From a phage: a stretch of 64,000 nucleotides of DNA. Location: the sequence record PZ151149.1, one strand, 5' to 3'. Numbering within the stretch: the stretch's first letter is position 1; each line of letters begins with the position of its first letter. Shown piece after piece: positions 1 to 10,267 of the stretch. The position numbers were made by a program, and so were the translations under genes. A model generated the notes under the pieces. The model worked only from the letters and a program-made list of their open reading frames with translations, was not told the origin of the DNA and searched no databases.

Positions 1-731
1 TCCGCATTCAGGATAAAATCATAGCCAGTAATTTCGGTTCCTTCTTTCTGCTGACGACGACCAATAATGAAAACTTCATTGGCTGAATACATCGCGCCCG
101 TACCGCCGGACATAACGGTCTTACTAAACATTTCTTGCGTTTCGTAAGTGTGGTTAATAGCGATGCACGGGATATCATTCATAGTCAGATACGGCGTAAC
201 CATACGGAACAAGCCTTTAAGTGCTTTCGCTCGCGTCATATCCTGTGCGGATTTCTCATTAATCGCGTCTTCAACTTCTTTTTTACTTGCTAAGTTACCG
301 ATTGAGTCAATAAAGATGATCACTTTATCTTCACGGGTAATTTGCTCAAGCTGGTTCATGATTTCAAATTTAAGTTCTTCGATGTTCTTGATTGGAACAT
401 GCACTACGCGATCAGGATCTACACCCATAGATTCAAGATAAGCGGGTGTAATACCGAACTCAGAATCAAAGAACAAACAAGCCGCATCTGTATTCTGTTT
501 CATGTATGCACTAACACAAGTTAATCCCATGTTTGATTTAAAGTGCTTAGACGGACCAGCAAAGAAAATCAGACCAGATTGAAAGCCCTTTTTAAGATCA
601 CCTGAAAACGCAATATTCAGCATCGGGATCTTAGTGCGAGTATTTGTTTTTTCGTTAAAGAAGCTGGATTTAGACAGTACCGCAGTAGTTTTCAGGGTAG
701 AGTTCTTTTTCAGTTTTTCCAGTACAGACAT
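1..731 (-). CDS. uvsX: UvsX RecA-like recombinase, partial (C-terminus lies before window start)
   Basis: Translation matches T4 UvsX over N-terminal ~243 aa incl. Walker A GPSKHFKS; ATG at 731 with GAGG SD; reading frame runs off the window edge. Confidence 0.9.
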   Translation of the reverse strand, partial: MSVLEKLKKNSTLKTTAVLSKSSFFNEKTNTRTKIPMLNIAFSGDLKKGFQSGLIFFAGPSKHFKSNMGLTCVSAYMKQNTDAACLFFDSEFGITPAYLESMGVDPDRVVHVPIKNIEELKFEIMNQLEQITREDKVIIFIDSIGNLASKKEVEDAINEKSAQDMTRAKALKGLFRMVTPYLTMNDIPCIAINHTYETQEMFSKTVMSGGTGAMYSANEVFIIGRRQQKEGTEITGYDFILNA

Positions 732-742
732 TATTAATACCT

Positions 743-931
743 CTATTCAGTTAATCCGTAATACTTTAATTGCTTCATTGTTATTCGATCTTTGTAGTGC
801 TCTTGAATTAACTTTTTCATCGCACCAACATCGATCGTCACAAATACTTCGTTGCTGTGATTTCCGTGAACTTTCTTGAAATGCTCTATGCCTTCCTCAC
901 GTTCACGTTTAATCTTTTCAATGTCTCTCAT
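743..931 (-). CDS. hypothetical small protein between uvsX and gene 43
   Basis: ORF track 743..970; first in-frame ATG at 931; weak SD; no recognisable motif. Confidence 0.35.
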   Translation of the reverse strand: MRDIEKIKREREEGIEHFKKVHGNHSNEVFVTIDVGAMKKLIQEHYKDRITMKQLKYYGLTE

Positions 932-992
932 CGTATATTTCTCACAACGGCGGGTATCGTCACCCAACACCCGCCATTATACACACTTTATC

Positions 993-2469
993 TTAAATGT
1001 CAAACAGGTCTGTAAGAGATGCCACTTTTTCATATTGCAGCTTTGCAGCCGTGGTAATGTTCTCCAGTGGTTTGACGAAAGTCTTATTAAACAACAAAGG
1101 CCAGTCTAACCACTTTAACACCTCTGATTCAATTTCTGGTGGAATACGAGTACCAGACAACCAGCCAAAACAGATTTCTCCAAACGGATTTCGATCTTTC
1201 AGCGGTACGATCATAACTTTCTCGCCTTCGCGGATCGGATCTAGTCCATATTTGCGAGCATTGCGATTATAGCACAATACACTCTTAACCGCATACGGAC
1301 AACCCTTAATCGGATACCCGTTTGAATCGCTGTATTTCTGTAGGTTGTTTGCAGATGACACCGCAGCAACCTCAAGATAGTCAAGTTTTCTAAATTCTTG
1401 CTCAAAAATACCGTAGTATTCCTGCAATGACTCTTCACCTTCCTGCAACATACGACGAATACATTCTTTCAGTGATTTCTGACATGCTTTAGGGGTGGAG
1501 CTACGTTGCGTTTCCAAGCCCATGATTTTTAGCTTAGGTTCAGCAAAGCGCGTTCCTTCCATATCCCAAACATTAAGAGCATAACGCTTTTTACCAGTCC
1601 AGAATCCACCGATACCCGCAGATTTCAACGGAGGACCAGCAATTGCCTCGCGGTCCATAAACATCAAGTGCTCATAATTGTTCATGTACTCGCATAACTC
1701 GCGATATCCTTTGTCGATAATCGGTTCCATTCTATGTTTACCGAAATTATCAAGGAAGTCAACAAGTTTTTCGGTATCGTCGAAACGATCTTCCCCGCCA
1801 ACCTTATCAACAACATTGTTAACCAGCACATAAACGGAGTCAGTATCACAATAACGAACATATGCAAAATCGGTTGTTCCGCAAAGCTCGTTTAAGTATT
1901 CGTTAATCTTACGCTCAATCCACTGAATTGCAAGCTGACCGAACAAGGTGATCGCACTAGCGTTACGGAGATCATAAAAACGGAATTTAGGATTCCCCAA
2001 CGCACCATAAAGGGAGTTGATCAAAACTTTTCGAGAAAGCTGGTTTGTATTGCACAAGATCGACTCGTCTTTACATTCTTCCAGCAATTTCTCTAAGGCA
2101 TCTTTGCTTAATTCCGAAAGCATCGATTTAAACGCTTCATCGAAGTCATGACGCACTTCAACGCTATAGCTAATGGTTCCCCCATAAACATGATTTTCAT
2201 CGTGTAGAATCGCTTTACATAGTTCAGCATTGCGATCACATGCCAACATCATGTTTTTGTACTGCTTACGCTGATCGAATACCTTTTTAATCTCAATCGG
2301 TACGATACCATGAATATCTTTTCTATACATCCATCCGTTAGGCGAGCAAGAATACTCATCACTCGGACGTGGTGCAGTTTTATTGATATACTCGTGCATC
2401 GGTGCAGCATCAAAAGATCCAGCGATTGTTTCCGGCGAAATGTTAACCTGACGGATGATTGATGGATAC
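993..2469 (-). CDS. 43: DNA polymerase gp43, exon 2 (C-terminal part, family B polymerase)
   Basis: Translation has YGALGN and YCDTDS polymerase motifs and aligns to T4 gp43 from ~residue 410; reading frame stays open upstream of the annotated Met as YPSIIRQVNISPETIAG, matching T4 gp43 across the junction. Confidence 0.85.
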
Positions 2470-3583
2470 CATTATGTTCAGCGCGGTTCGCTACTCCCGC
2501 GCCCGTTCTCTTGCGAACTGCTACATGTCACCATGTAGATCAGACTATATCACATTCTCATAGAGAATCCTGCCATTTCGAATCGCTTGATTCTACTCTA
2601 CTCGGTTCGTTACCCTTTCGATAGTCGTTGAACAACTGCATCTTTAAGCTCATTTTGATCAAACGGTGTTCTCTTACAGTATCCGCTATAATTCTTAGCA
2701 AAAGGTTTCTTCTTACCAAAAATCTCTTTTCCTGAATTGTGTGCTTCAACAAGAAAATTCACCATTTCATCAAATGTGAAACTTGCAAATTTAGCATAAG
2801 TTTCATTACGTTTTGACATTATTTTACTCATAACTTCCGGTCGTTTAGACGCTGAATTTTCGCGTTTCTCGCCAGTATTAAATGATACCAACTCACCGGA
2901 AACATATCTAGGATCATCACAACTAACTCTAAACCGATTTCCTTCCTTATCCTTAACGATAACAGTATTCTTTAGCTTTTCTGCCATAGAATCAAGACCT
3001 TTTCGTATAGTGTCCTCATCAGCCCCGAAATATTTCTTTCCGCTCATATCGGTTCTGGCTTTTCCGGTCTTGTTTTCGGATATTTTCAGTCTAACTTCCT
3101 CTCGCTTGGCTGGGTTATTGTCTCCAGCGAATGCATCTTTGGTTAACGCCTTCACTTTATCGTCATAAGATCCTCTAGAGATGAAAGCATATGCTCTCTT
3201 GCATTCACCGTTATTGAATATTAAGCACAATAACCGATGCGCCTCGACGTGGTCTTCAAACTTAAGCCTAACAAGATTCCATTTATCTAACCGATATTCA
3301 GGGAACATTGACTTCGGGCATATATGATGCACCTCGGAATATTCTTCACCCTGATACGGATTAGACACCAGTTTAATGTAGTCGTTTAATGCTTCCTCGT
3401 TATGTATTTCGTACTTTCTTAAAATGTCTTTCATCTCGCGCCTCCAATGTATATCAATATCTATATACATTATAAGACACGTTAGCTCAAAATGCAACTG
3501 CTGCTGATTGTCTCCTTAGAGATTTCCCAGCAATTAAGCAGGTTATTCGATCACTGTCACCAGTGAAAGCCCCATATCAGTTT
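2470..3583 (-). ncRNA. Group I (IA2, T4 td/nrdB-like) self-splicing intron interrupting gene 43
   Basis: 5' exon ends ...CCCU with intron GGGG internal guide 10 nt downstream (P1); 3' part has AACGACUAUC ... GAUAUAGUCUG ... CAUGGUGACAUG ... CUGAACAUAAUG-G nearly identical to the T4 td intron core/3' end; exon joining restores SL-YPSIIRQ reading frame. Confidence 0.8.
2610..3434 (-). CDS. Intron-encoded HNH homing endonuclease
   Basis: ORF inside the intron; motif EVHHICPKSMFPEY...N...HVEAH typical of HNH; ATG at 3434 preceded by GGAGG. Confidence 0.75.
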   Translation of the reverse strand: MKDILRKYEIHNEEALNDYIKLVSNPYQGEEYSEVHHICPKSMFPEYRLDKWNLVRLKFEDHVEAHRLLCLIFNNGECKRAYAFISRGSYDDKVKALTKDAFAGDNNPAKREEVRLKISENKTGKARTDMSGKKYFGADEDTIRKGLDSMAEKLKNTVIVKDKEGNRFRVSCDDPRYVSGELVSFNTGEKRENSASKRPEVMSKIMSKRNETYAKFASFTFDEMVNFLVEAHNSGKEIFGKKKPFAKNYSGYCKRTPFDQNELKDAVVQRLSKG

Positions 3584-4785
3584 AGGGAAGTAAGGTCAAA
3601 GCTCATCATCCAACGGTAAGCATTCGGCACAGGTTCTTTTACAAATGCGCCTGGATACGTCTGCTTAGGCTGTATCTTATTTTCCGGTACTACTTTACCC
3701 TCTGCTTTCAGAGATCCGAAGATAATAGCATCCCATACTTTCATCGGATTATAAACATGGTTAAATTTAATCTTTGCATAGAAACATAGGCTATACACCA
3801 GATCAATAAAACCACGCTTTTTATCAATCGCCAGCACACGGTCAACGTCGCCGATGTTATAATCGATGTAAAGTTGATGGTTGTCATCACGCAATTTCTT
3901 TAATGGACCATCATAATCAACCTTACCGATTCCTGTCTCATATTCAGCAACATAATCTAATGCATATGTTGGTTGAGTCGTAAAGCTAAATTTCTTGTAC
4001 AGGTCAATATAATCAAGGCTTTCGATCCCCATGATCGTAAATGCTTCACGCTCATTGCCAAAATCATCCTGTGAGATTCGGGATTTAATCTTACCGCACG
4101 GGCTTAATCGGTTTGCCGTTCGACTTCCAAACTTATTACTGATACGCTTAATGATATACGGGATATCGAATGTTTCTGTGTTCCAGCCAGTGAAGCCAAC
4201 TGGTCGGTTTTCCTCAAAGAATCGGATGTATTCTAATAGCAATTCATCTTCTGTATCATAGACGTTATAAACAACGCGCTCTACAATATCAGGTCGAAGA
4301 ATAGATTTGTTTGCTTCCCAGATTTCACCGTTTTTTCCTTTCAAATCAAATACAAAGAAACGATCATGTACGGAATCATAATGCGTAATTGCATCGATAG
4401 GATATTTCGCCTCTTCTGGTTTAGGAAATTCCGGTGCGGTGACCTCAATATCAACCCACGCTACACGGATTTTATTTCGGTCATATCGAATCTCACCTTT
4501 ATATGCATCAGACAGATAGGAGATGATAAAATCATCCATACCTAGTGCCTCTTGCCCCATTTCCCCCATCCTTTTACGCCATTTGTTGGCCTCGTTCATA
4601 GATGGGAATTTTTTAGCAATGCAAGGCTTGCCATAGATATCTTTATAATTTGTAACCATACCAGGCGCGGCATGATGAAATAATGTTGGCGTATATTCAA
4701 CGTAACGCTCTTGTTCTTGTCCAGCATCATCAATATAACGCTCGTAGATCTTATCACCTACTCGCTCACATGACAGAAAATACAT
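3584..4785 (-). CDS. 43: DNA polymerase gp43, exon 1 (N-terminal exonuclease part)
   Basis: Translation ERYID...AITHYDS...FTGWN...MSFDLTSL aligns to T4 gp43 N-terminus; ATG at 4785 with AGGAG SD (longest ORF starts at GTG 4815); the in-frame stop at 3577 is inside the intron. Confidence 0.85.
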
Positions 4786-4817
4786 AATATAAACTCCTTC
4801 ACTTACGAAAGACACTC

Positions 4818-4846
4818 ATTATAGGGGAATCGACTTAGTTTGTCAA
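4818..4846 (-). promoter_or_regulatory. sigma70-type early promoter upstream of gene 43 (TTGACA-17-TATAAT) embedded in an inverted repeat
   Basis: Exact -35 and -10 hexamers on minus strand; flanked by ATAGGGG/CCCCTAT inverted repeat. Confidence 0.5.
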
Positions 4847-4867
4847 TACCCCTATCCCATCAGTATC

Positions 4868-5230
4868 TTATCGCCCGATCTGATATTTCTCGATCAGAGT
4901 CCACTCTTCTTTCTGTTTAAAAGACAGTACACGGAAATTATTAACTTCGGTAGTTTCAAAATCACTATCAATCAGGGTACACAGATTCCACTGCGCAAGA
5001 AGTTTTGCAATGTTATTACGGCGCAATTCATCTTCCCACGTCATCTTAACACTACGACCATCTAATTTCAACAACTCCTTGAAATGAACGATGTAATAAC
5101 GCCCCTTCTTCTGGAGAATATGACAAGACTGATACAGCGTCTTGTCTCGATTGTTGGCAATGCCGCAGCGGGTTAAAGTCTCCTTAATTTTAAGGAAGTT
5201 TTCAGGATTAATCAAATTAATTTCAATCAT
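4868..5230 (-). CDS. regA: RegA translational repressor
   Basis: 120 aa; strong identity to T4 RegA (MIEI..LKKPE.FLK.KETLTR.GIANN.DK.LYQSCHILQKKG.YYIVHFKE). Confidence 0.9.
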   Translation of the reverse strand: MIEINLINPENFLKIKETLTRCGIANNRDKTLYQSCHILQKKGRYYIVHFKELLKLDGRSVKMTWEDELRRNNIAKLLAQWNLCTLIDSDFETTEVNNFRVLSFKQKEEWTLIEKYQIGR

Positions 5231-5231
5231 T

Positions 5232-5810
5232 TTACCACCTTTCTATAATCTTTTTAAGTCGTTTCCTTTCTGTCTGATTCTTAGTAACACCCGCCAAAAG
5301 TTCATCGGTCGCATACGGTTTAATGTGCTTCAATAACTTGTCCATATATCCCTTTTCATTAGCCAAATCGAGATAAAATCGGGCGTCATCCATATTTACA
5401 CAATATGCTTTCGCCACTGCCATTAAAACCAATTTTTGGTCCAATTCTTCTGTTAGTTTAGCCCATTTACCGTATCGTTTCCCCTTAGAAATACTCTGTA
5501 AGAGATAATCAAAGTGCATTTGATCTGGGAGGCCATGACCGATTAAATTCATCACATACGCGCTATATAGACAATCTGCGTGCTGGGAAAGAGCGGTGTT
5601 AATCCATCTCTGGTTATATGCAGAATTGTTTCCCACATTAACGCGCTGTTTATCTAAGGTGATATGATCCATCAGAGCAAATAATGCATTGTCGGTTTTC
5701 TCGGTGAATGTGTCCGCTAATTCAGACACTTTTTCCCAATCACGAGAGCGCCATGCAATTTCATGCTCGTTTAATTGTGTATCATCTTCACCGAAAAATT
5801 GACCTAACAT
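5232..5810 (-). CDS. 62: Clamp loader small subunit gp62
   Basis: 192 aa; synteny regA-62-44 and sequence similarity to T4 gp62 (QLNEH..AW.S.DW, KGKRYGKWAKL). Confidence 0.85.
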   Translation of the reverse strand: MLGQFFGEDDTQLNEHEIAWRSRDWEKVSELADTFTEKTDNALFALMDHITLDKQRVNVGNNSAYNQRWINTALSQHADCLYSAYVMNLIGHGLPDQMHFDYLLQSISKGKRYGKWAKLTEELDQKLVLMAVAKAYCVNMDDARFYLDLANEKGYMDKLLKHIKPYATDELLAGVTKNQTERKRLKKIIERW

Positions 5811-6784
5811 TATACGAACTCCAATTCAACCATTAATTGCATTAACAAAAAGACAATGTGAATCTCTTTATCAGCCGCGTGTGCAAACATCTGATTATTT
5901 TCACCGATGATCTCAGTGAGACGAATAATCGACGCTGGCTTAACTTGAGTATATAACTCATTATAAAGTTTCTTGACAAATTGAGCGTATGTATTGGTAT
6001 ATCGTGGCGCAAGTTTACGCACATTAGCAAACTGTTTAGTTTTAAGTGCTTCCACCACATCGGTTACTTCGGTATTGCTACTTTCGATAACCATGCTCAA
6101 TACGCCAGCATCAATTTTACCGTGTTTTGCGTAACGGTCCAAAAGTTTCATTACGCGCCGGAAGTCTGGGAAATTTTGCTTAACCAGTTCCGCTAATACT
6201 CGCATCTCTTCTACTGGCACACCTTCTTTATCAAGAATTGCTTTACACCGGACGATCATTTCTTTCATCATGCGAAGCTGATCATCTTTAGTCGGAGATC
6301 CAAACGTGATGGGGTCAAATCTAGATCGCAACGCTGGGATAATACCTTCTAGATCATTTGCTGTAATGATGAACGTCACATTGTTTGAGTATGCCTCAGA
6401 GAAACTACGCAAGTGTCTTTGAGCATCAGCCAGCCCCGCTCGGTCATACTCATCGATAATAACAACTTTGCCTTTTTCTCTTTTTTCTTCATCGAGCGAT
6501 ACACTCTGCGCAAAGCGTGTAATCTCATCGCGGATAAAATCAATCTTACAATCTGCGCCGTTAACAAACAGATAATCAACACCCACATCTTCGCAAAGCG
6601 CCTTAGCAACGGTTGTTTTACCAGTACCCGGCGATGGGCTATGCAGGATCATAGAAGGGATTCGGCCTTGCTTAACAATCTGCGCGAAGATCTTTTTATC
6701 TGCTTCCGGCAGAATACATTCAGAAATTGATTTCGGACGGTATTTCTGTTCCCACTGAAACTCATTTTCATTAACACTCAGCAT
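5810..6784 (-). CDS. 44: Clamp loader ATPase gp44 (AAA+)
   Basis: Walker A SPSPGTGKTTVAKAL, high identity to T4 gp44; ATG at 6784 with GAGGTGA SD. Confidence 0.9.
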   Translation of the reverse strand: MLSVNENEFQWEQKYRPKSISECILPEADKKIFAQIVKQGRIPSMILHSPSPGTGKTTVAKALCEDVGVDYLFVNGADCKIDFIRDEITRFAQSVSLDEEKREKGKVVIIDEYDRAGLADAQRHLRSFSEAYSNNVTFIITANDLEGIIPALRSRFDPITFGSPTKDDQLRMMKEMIVRCKAILDKEGVPVEEMRVLAELVKQNFPDFRRVMKLLDRYAKHGKIDAGVLSMVIESSNTEVTDVVEALKTKQFANVRKLAPRYTNTYAQFVKKLYNELYTQVKPASIIRLTEIIGENNQMFAHAADKEIHIVFLLMQLMVELEFV

Positions 6785-6807
6785 ATAATCACCTCTCACA
6801 AATTACA

Positions 6808-6837
6808 TCATTAAAACGGGGAGTATTTACACTCCCC
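6808..6837 (-). terminator. Hairpin GGGGAGU-loop-ACUCCCC followed by U-rich tract between genes 45 and 44 (possible attenuator)
   Basis: 7-bp GC-rich stem then GUUUUAAUGA on minus strand. Confidence 0.35.
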
Positions 6838-6850
6838 CACAAACATTATA

Positions 6851-7537
6851 TTAGTCGGTGTAGCTGGAGTCAAGGTCACACGCGATCATATAAGATACGG
6901 TTTCACTTGCCAGCCATACAGCTTTACGGCGAGTGAAGCTCAATTTGTAATCGCCGAAGTCAGTAGCAACCAGTTTCATATTATCTTTACGAATAAAGAA
7001 ATGGAAGTCGGCGGTTCCGGCATATTCGCCCATGTCAAGACAAAACATCTCATTAGGATTATTTTTGTCAATCTCTTCCCAACCTTTGATCATCAGACGA
7101 CCATCAATCGGTAGAAACTCAAGGCGATCCACTTTAAGCTGATTGCTCATTTTCATAAGCTGTTTCAGATCGTCGTTGCTCAGTTCGTAATCTACATCGC
7201 TTGCAGGTGGAGTAACTCGGCCTTTCGGTGATACGATAGCAGCAGCACTAGCACCAGGGTAATTAATTTTCAGACGATCATTAGACACACGAATGTTACC
7301 AGTGCGGTCATCAACCGTAATATCTGCTTCATCGCCTACCAGATTCAGAATACCCAGGAAAGAGTTAAGATCATAGATCCCGATTTCGTGTTCCAGTTCT
7401 TGATTCAGAGTCGCTTCACCATATACAACGTTTGTCATGTTTTTGGTGATCAGGACGTTTCCTTTTTTCAGGATGATACCTGGGTTAATAGCGGAAAAGT
7501 TTTTAAGGATCGCAACAGTTTCTTTAGTTAGTTTCAT
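6851..7537 (-). CDS. 45: Sliding clamp gp45
   Basis: High identity to T4 gp45 (MKL.K.T.A.LKNF..INSGI.LK); ATG at 7537 with AAGGTGA SD (longest ORF starts at TTG 7543). Confidence 0.9.
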   Translation of the reverse strand: MKLTKETVAILKNFSAINPGIILKKGNVLITKNMTNVVYGEATLNQELEHEIGIYDLNSFLGILNLVGDEADITVDDRTGNIRVSNDRLKINYPGASAAAIVSPKGRVTPPASDVDYELSNDDLKQLMKMSNQLKVDRLEFLPIDGRLMIKGWEEIDKNNPNEMFCLDMGEYAGTADFHFFIRKDNMKLVATDFGDYKLSFTRRKAVWLASETVSYMIACDLDSSYTD

Positions 7538-7577
7538 ATTCAAATCACCTTATCATGTTAATCAATTAATCAATTAA

Positions 7578-7946
7578 TTATGGGTTTACTGCGTGTTCGT
7601 TACGAATCTTGAGCATTTTGTTTTGGAAGTTTTCCGCAGCTTGCTCATCAATAGCATGAGTATACTTAAATCCAATGTATGCTGTCAAGTATTGTTGCAG
7701 AGCATAGACAGTAACAGGATTCTTTGCGGTCTTCTTACCTTCGAGATATACCAGATCACCACGAACATCAAACGCAAGTTTACGACGAATCACATTATCA
7801 ACAAACTCATCAACAACAAAATGCCAAATGTTGCTATCGGTTCCAATATCAAAATTAACCACACAACCATGTTTGACATAATCAAACGGTATCGGGAATA
7901 GTTTATAGTCAAGTTCGATAAACATTAATTGTTCTTTTAAGCTCAT
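7578..7946 (-). CDS. rpbA: RNA polymerase-binding protein RpbA-like
   Basis: Position between 45 and 46 as in T4; ~122 aa starting MSLKEQLMFIELDY; identity by synteny and recalled similarity. Confidence 0.55.
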   Translation of the reverse strand: MSLKEQLMFIELDYKLFPIPFDYVKHGCVVNFDIGTDSNIWHFVVDEFVDNVIRRKLAFDVRGDLVYLEGKKTAKNPVTVYALQQYLTAYIGFKYTHAIDEQAAENFQNKMLKIRNEHAVNP

Positions 7947-7959
7947 ACGTTTCATTCTA

Positions 7960-8337
7960 TCACTTCCCATCAGCAATTGCGATCAGACGAGTTACTACTA
8001 CGCTAGCGGCTTCAATCAGCAGTTCATCAGTGTCAATCTGATAACCCTTTTCGAGAATATCTTTACCTCGAATAGTTTTAGCGCCTTTAGCAATTGAATC
8101 ATCGTAATATTTGCGCATTGCCGCGATCCATTCTTTTTGCACCATATCATCAATATGCGCGTACAGTTCAAAGCGTGCTTGCTGCGGGATAACCTTCATT
8201 TTAGCTTTCTCGCTTTCCGGCATTTGTAGTACCCACGCTTTACGGATCTTGTTCATTGCTCGGTCAAATTCGAGACTGGTTTTCTTGTTCTGAATGTCTG
8301 CTACAGTAATTTTAGCCAGGTTTGCGGAAGTAGTCAT
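7960..8337 (-). CDS. hypothetical protein
   Basis: ORF with ATG at 8337 preceded by GGAGA (longest ORF starts at TTG 8352). Confidence 0.45.
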   Translation of the reverse strand: MTTSANLAKITVADIQNKKTSLEFDRAMNKIRKAWVLQMPESEKAKMKVIPQQARFELYAHIDDMVQKEWIAAMRKYYDDSIAKGAKTIRGKDILEKGYQIDTDELLIEAASVVVTRLIAIADGK

Positions 8338-8367
8338 AATATTAATCTCCAAAATAAAATCAGTATA

Positions 8368-8598
8368 TCACGTTCTAAAGTTTGTTGCAACCCCAGCATC
8401 AGGGTAATCAAGTTTATCAAAGTTGGGGACCAGCATAAACTCATGATGACGACAAGACAACATTTTTGTTATGTCTTCATCGCTGTATATGCTGTTTTTC
8501 ATATCCCCCATACTAACTACATATTCTTCACCGGAATATAGATTGATTAAGGTATACAATTCTAACTCCGGCTGCGTTACTCTGTCAAATGTTAACAT
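8368..8598 (-). CDS. hypothetical protein
   Basis: 76-aa ORF, start overlaps end of gene 46 (translational coupling). Confidence 0.4.
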   Translation of the reverse strand: MLTFDRVTQPELELYTLINLYSGEEYVVSMGDMKNSIYSDEDITKMLSCRHHEFMLVPNFDKLDYPDAGVATNFRT

Positions 8599-10267
8599 TC
8601 ATTTCAGTGAATCGCCCACGTTTAACCATCTTGAGATGACGGCTAAAATCATCAGGGTTATGGTCACGATGGCTGATAATATACACGTTATCATCTAACT
8701 TGTCAATGATGGAATCAAGTGCTTTTACGCCTTGAACGTCCGTAGCCCCATCATAAATTTCGTCGAGTACCAACAAAGAAATATTAGTACCAGATACTTT
8801 ACCAGCAACATCACGCCATGTAAAGAGCATCGCAAGGTCAATACGTGCTTTTTCGCCTTGACTGAATGATGTATACGAAAACGATTCACGCCCCCGTGAT
8901 TTGATTGTTTCATTAAACTCTTCATCTAGCGTAAAGATATAATCCGCTTCCATGATATCAAGATAATATGCAATCCGATCATTGAAATATGGAATATATT
9001 TCTTGACGATAGACGCCTTAACACCGGAATCCTTCAACATTTCTGTTACAAATCCACGGTGATATTTTTCAAGAACTAGCTTTGATTTTTCGTTAGTGAT
9101 CTCTACCAGTTCGTGTTCCAGTTTAGCAAGTTCTTCGGAATTGTCAACCCTTTCTTTTTGTAATTCCTGAATTGCTTTCTGGATCTGTTTAGCACGACCT
9201 ACAGATGCCGTTAAATTCGCTCTCTGTGACTCTATAGCGCGTTTAATTTCCAAGACCTTAGTTTGTGCTGTCTGAAAAGAATTGGCCTTCTCTGCGTATT
9301 CTACGCGTTTCTCGTCAATCAGAGACAGTTTATGTTCTGCTTGTGCTTTTTGTTCGCGTACAGCCTGATCATTACCCTGAATGATCGGTTGTGTACACGT
9401 CGGACAAACCCCGCCTTTCTCGTGCATATGGATAACACGATCAAAGTTCTGGATCTGTGCCCCAATCTGTGCGATAGCCGTATTAATTTTAGCCAATGCC
9501 GCGCTGGGGTCTTCCGGCATAACAACAGCCAATAGCTCATCGGTCAAGCGCGTTTCTTCGGCTTTAAATGCTTTAGCCGATTCTACCTCTTTATCATACA
9601 TATTCTGTAAACGCTGGAGATTCTCGGCACTCGCCTTGCTAGCGTCTTCTATGTACTTTTTATGAGTGTTGATTTGTTGCTGAACGTGATTAGCTTTCAT
9701 TTCCTGCATTTGGATATTCTGGGTAATCTCGCGCACATATGCTTTATTCAGTTTATCCATTTCGCCTAGCGTAGCAATATCAAGCAAATCCTCGACCAGC
9801 TTACGGCGACCCGCTGCCGGAAGACTCATAAACGGAACATAACCAGCAGTGCCTAAAACAACGATCTGTTTGAAGCTGGCTAGATTCATGCCTATGATAC
9901 CTTCAAAATATTCCTGAAAGTCTTTGGTGCTTGCGCTCTCGTCGATCTTTTGACCGTCGCGATACACTTCGAATACTTCCGGCTTTTGTCCACGTTTAAT
10001 ATAAAATTCTTTCCCATCCAGTTCAAACCAGACTTCGACTAACAGTTTCTTTTTGTTGACGCTGTTAATCAATTGGCCTTTCTTGATACTACGAAACGGT
10101 TTACCGAACAACACAAAGCAAAGCGCCTCGATCATTGTTGATTTACCAGCACCGTTAACACCAGTGATTAGTGTCTTTTTGAATCCGTCTAGCTGAATCT
10201 CTACAGGTTCAGCACCTACGCTCATTATATTTTGATAGCGCAAGGTTTTAAAATTTAACTTTGCCAT
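8585..10267 (-). CDS. 46: Recombination endonuclease subunit gp46 (SbcC/Rad50-like)
   Basis: N-terminal Walker A GVNGAGKST, long coiled coil, C-terminal LLVLDE signature; high identity to T4 gp46; ATG at 10267. Confidence 0.9.
   Translation of the reverse strand: MAKLNFKTLRYQNIMSVGAEPVEIQLDGFKKTLITGVNGAGKSTMIEALCFVLFGKPFRSIKKGQLINSVNKKKLLVEVWFELDGKEFYIKRGQKPEVFEVYRDGQKIDESASTKDFQEYFEGIIGMNLASFKQIVVLGTAGYVPFMSLPAAGRRKLVEDLLDIATLGEMDKLNKAYVREITQNIQMQEMKANHVQQQINTHKKYIEDASKASAENLQRLQNMYDKEVESAKAFKAEETRLTDELLAVVMPEDPSAALAKINTAIAQIGAQIQNFDRVIHMHEKGGVCPTCTQPIIQGNDQAVREQKAQAEHKLSLIDEKRVEYAEKANSFQTAQTKVLEIKRAIESQRANLTASVGRAKQIQKAIQELQKERVDNSEELAKLEHELVEITNEKSKLVLEKYHRGFVTEMLKDSGVKASIVKKYIPYFNDRIAYYLDIMEADYIFTLDEEFNETIKSRGRESFSYTSFSQGEKARIDLAMLFTWRDVAGKVSGTNISLLVLDEIYDGATDVQGVKALDSIIDKLDDNVYIISHRDHNPDDFSRHLKMVKRGRFTEMNVNI

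Noticed and set aside
148-524. Plus-strand ORFs 148..441 and 342..524 (and many similar ones throughout, e.g. 997..1272, 13182..13694, 24026..24535, 26609..27016, 28480..28783)
   Set aside because: They are antisense to well-supported minus-strand genes (uvsX, gene 43, etc.), lack RBS and have low-complexity translations; classic shadow ORFs.
2558-2752. 64-aa minus-strand ORF overlapping the 3' part of the intron
   Set aside because: It overlaps the conserved ribozyme core (P7-P9) and the end of the HNH gene; no RBS; more parsimonious as non-coding intron RNA.
3577-4815. Interpretation of gene 43 as two separately translated polymerase fragments
   Set aside because: The frame continuity across the junction and the td-like intron core make splicing the better explanation, although a non-splicing split gene cannot be excluded without RNA data.
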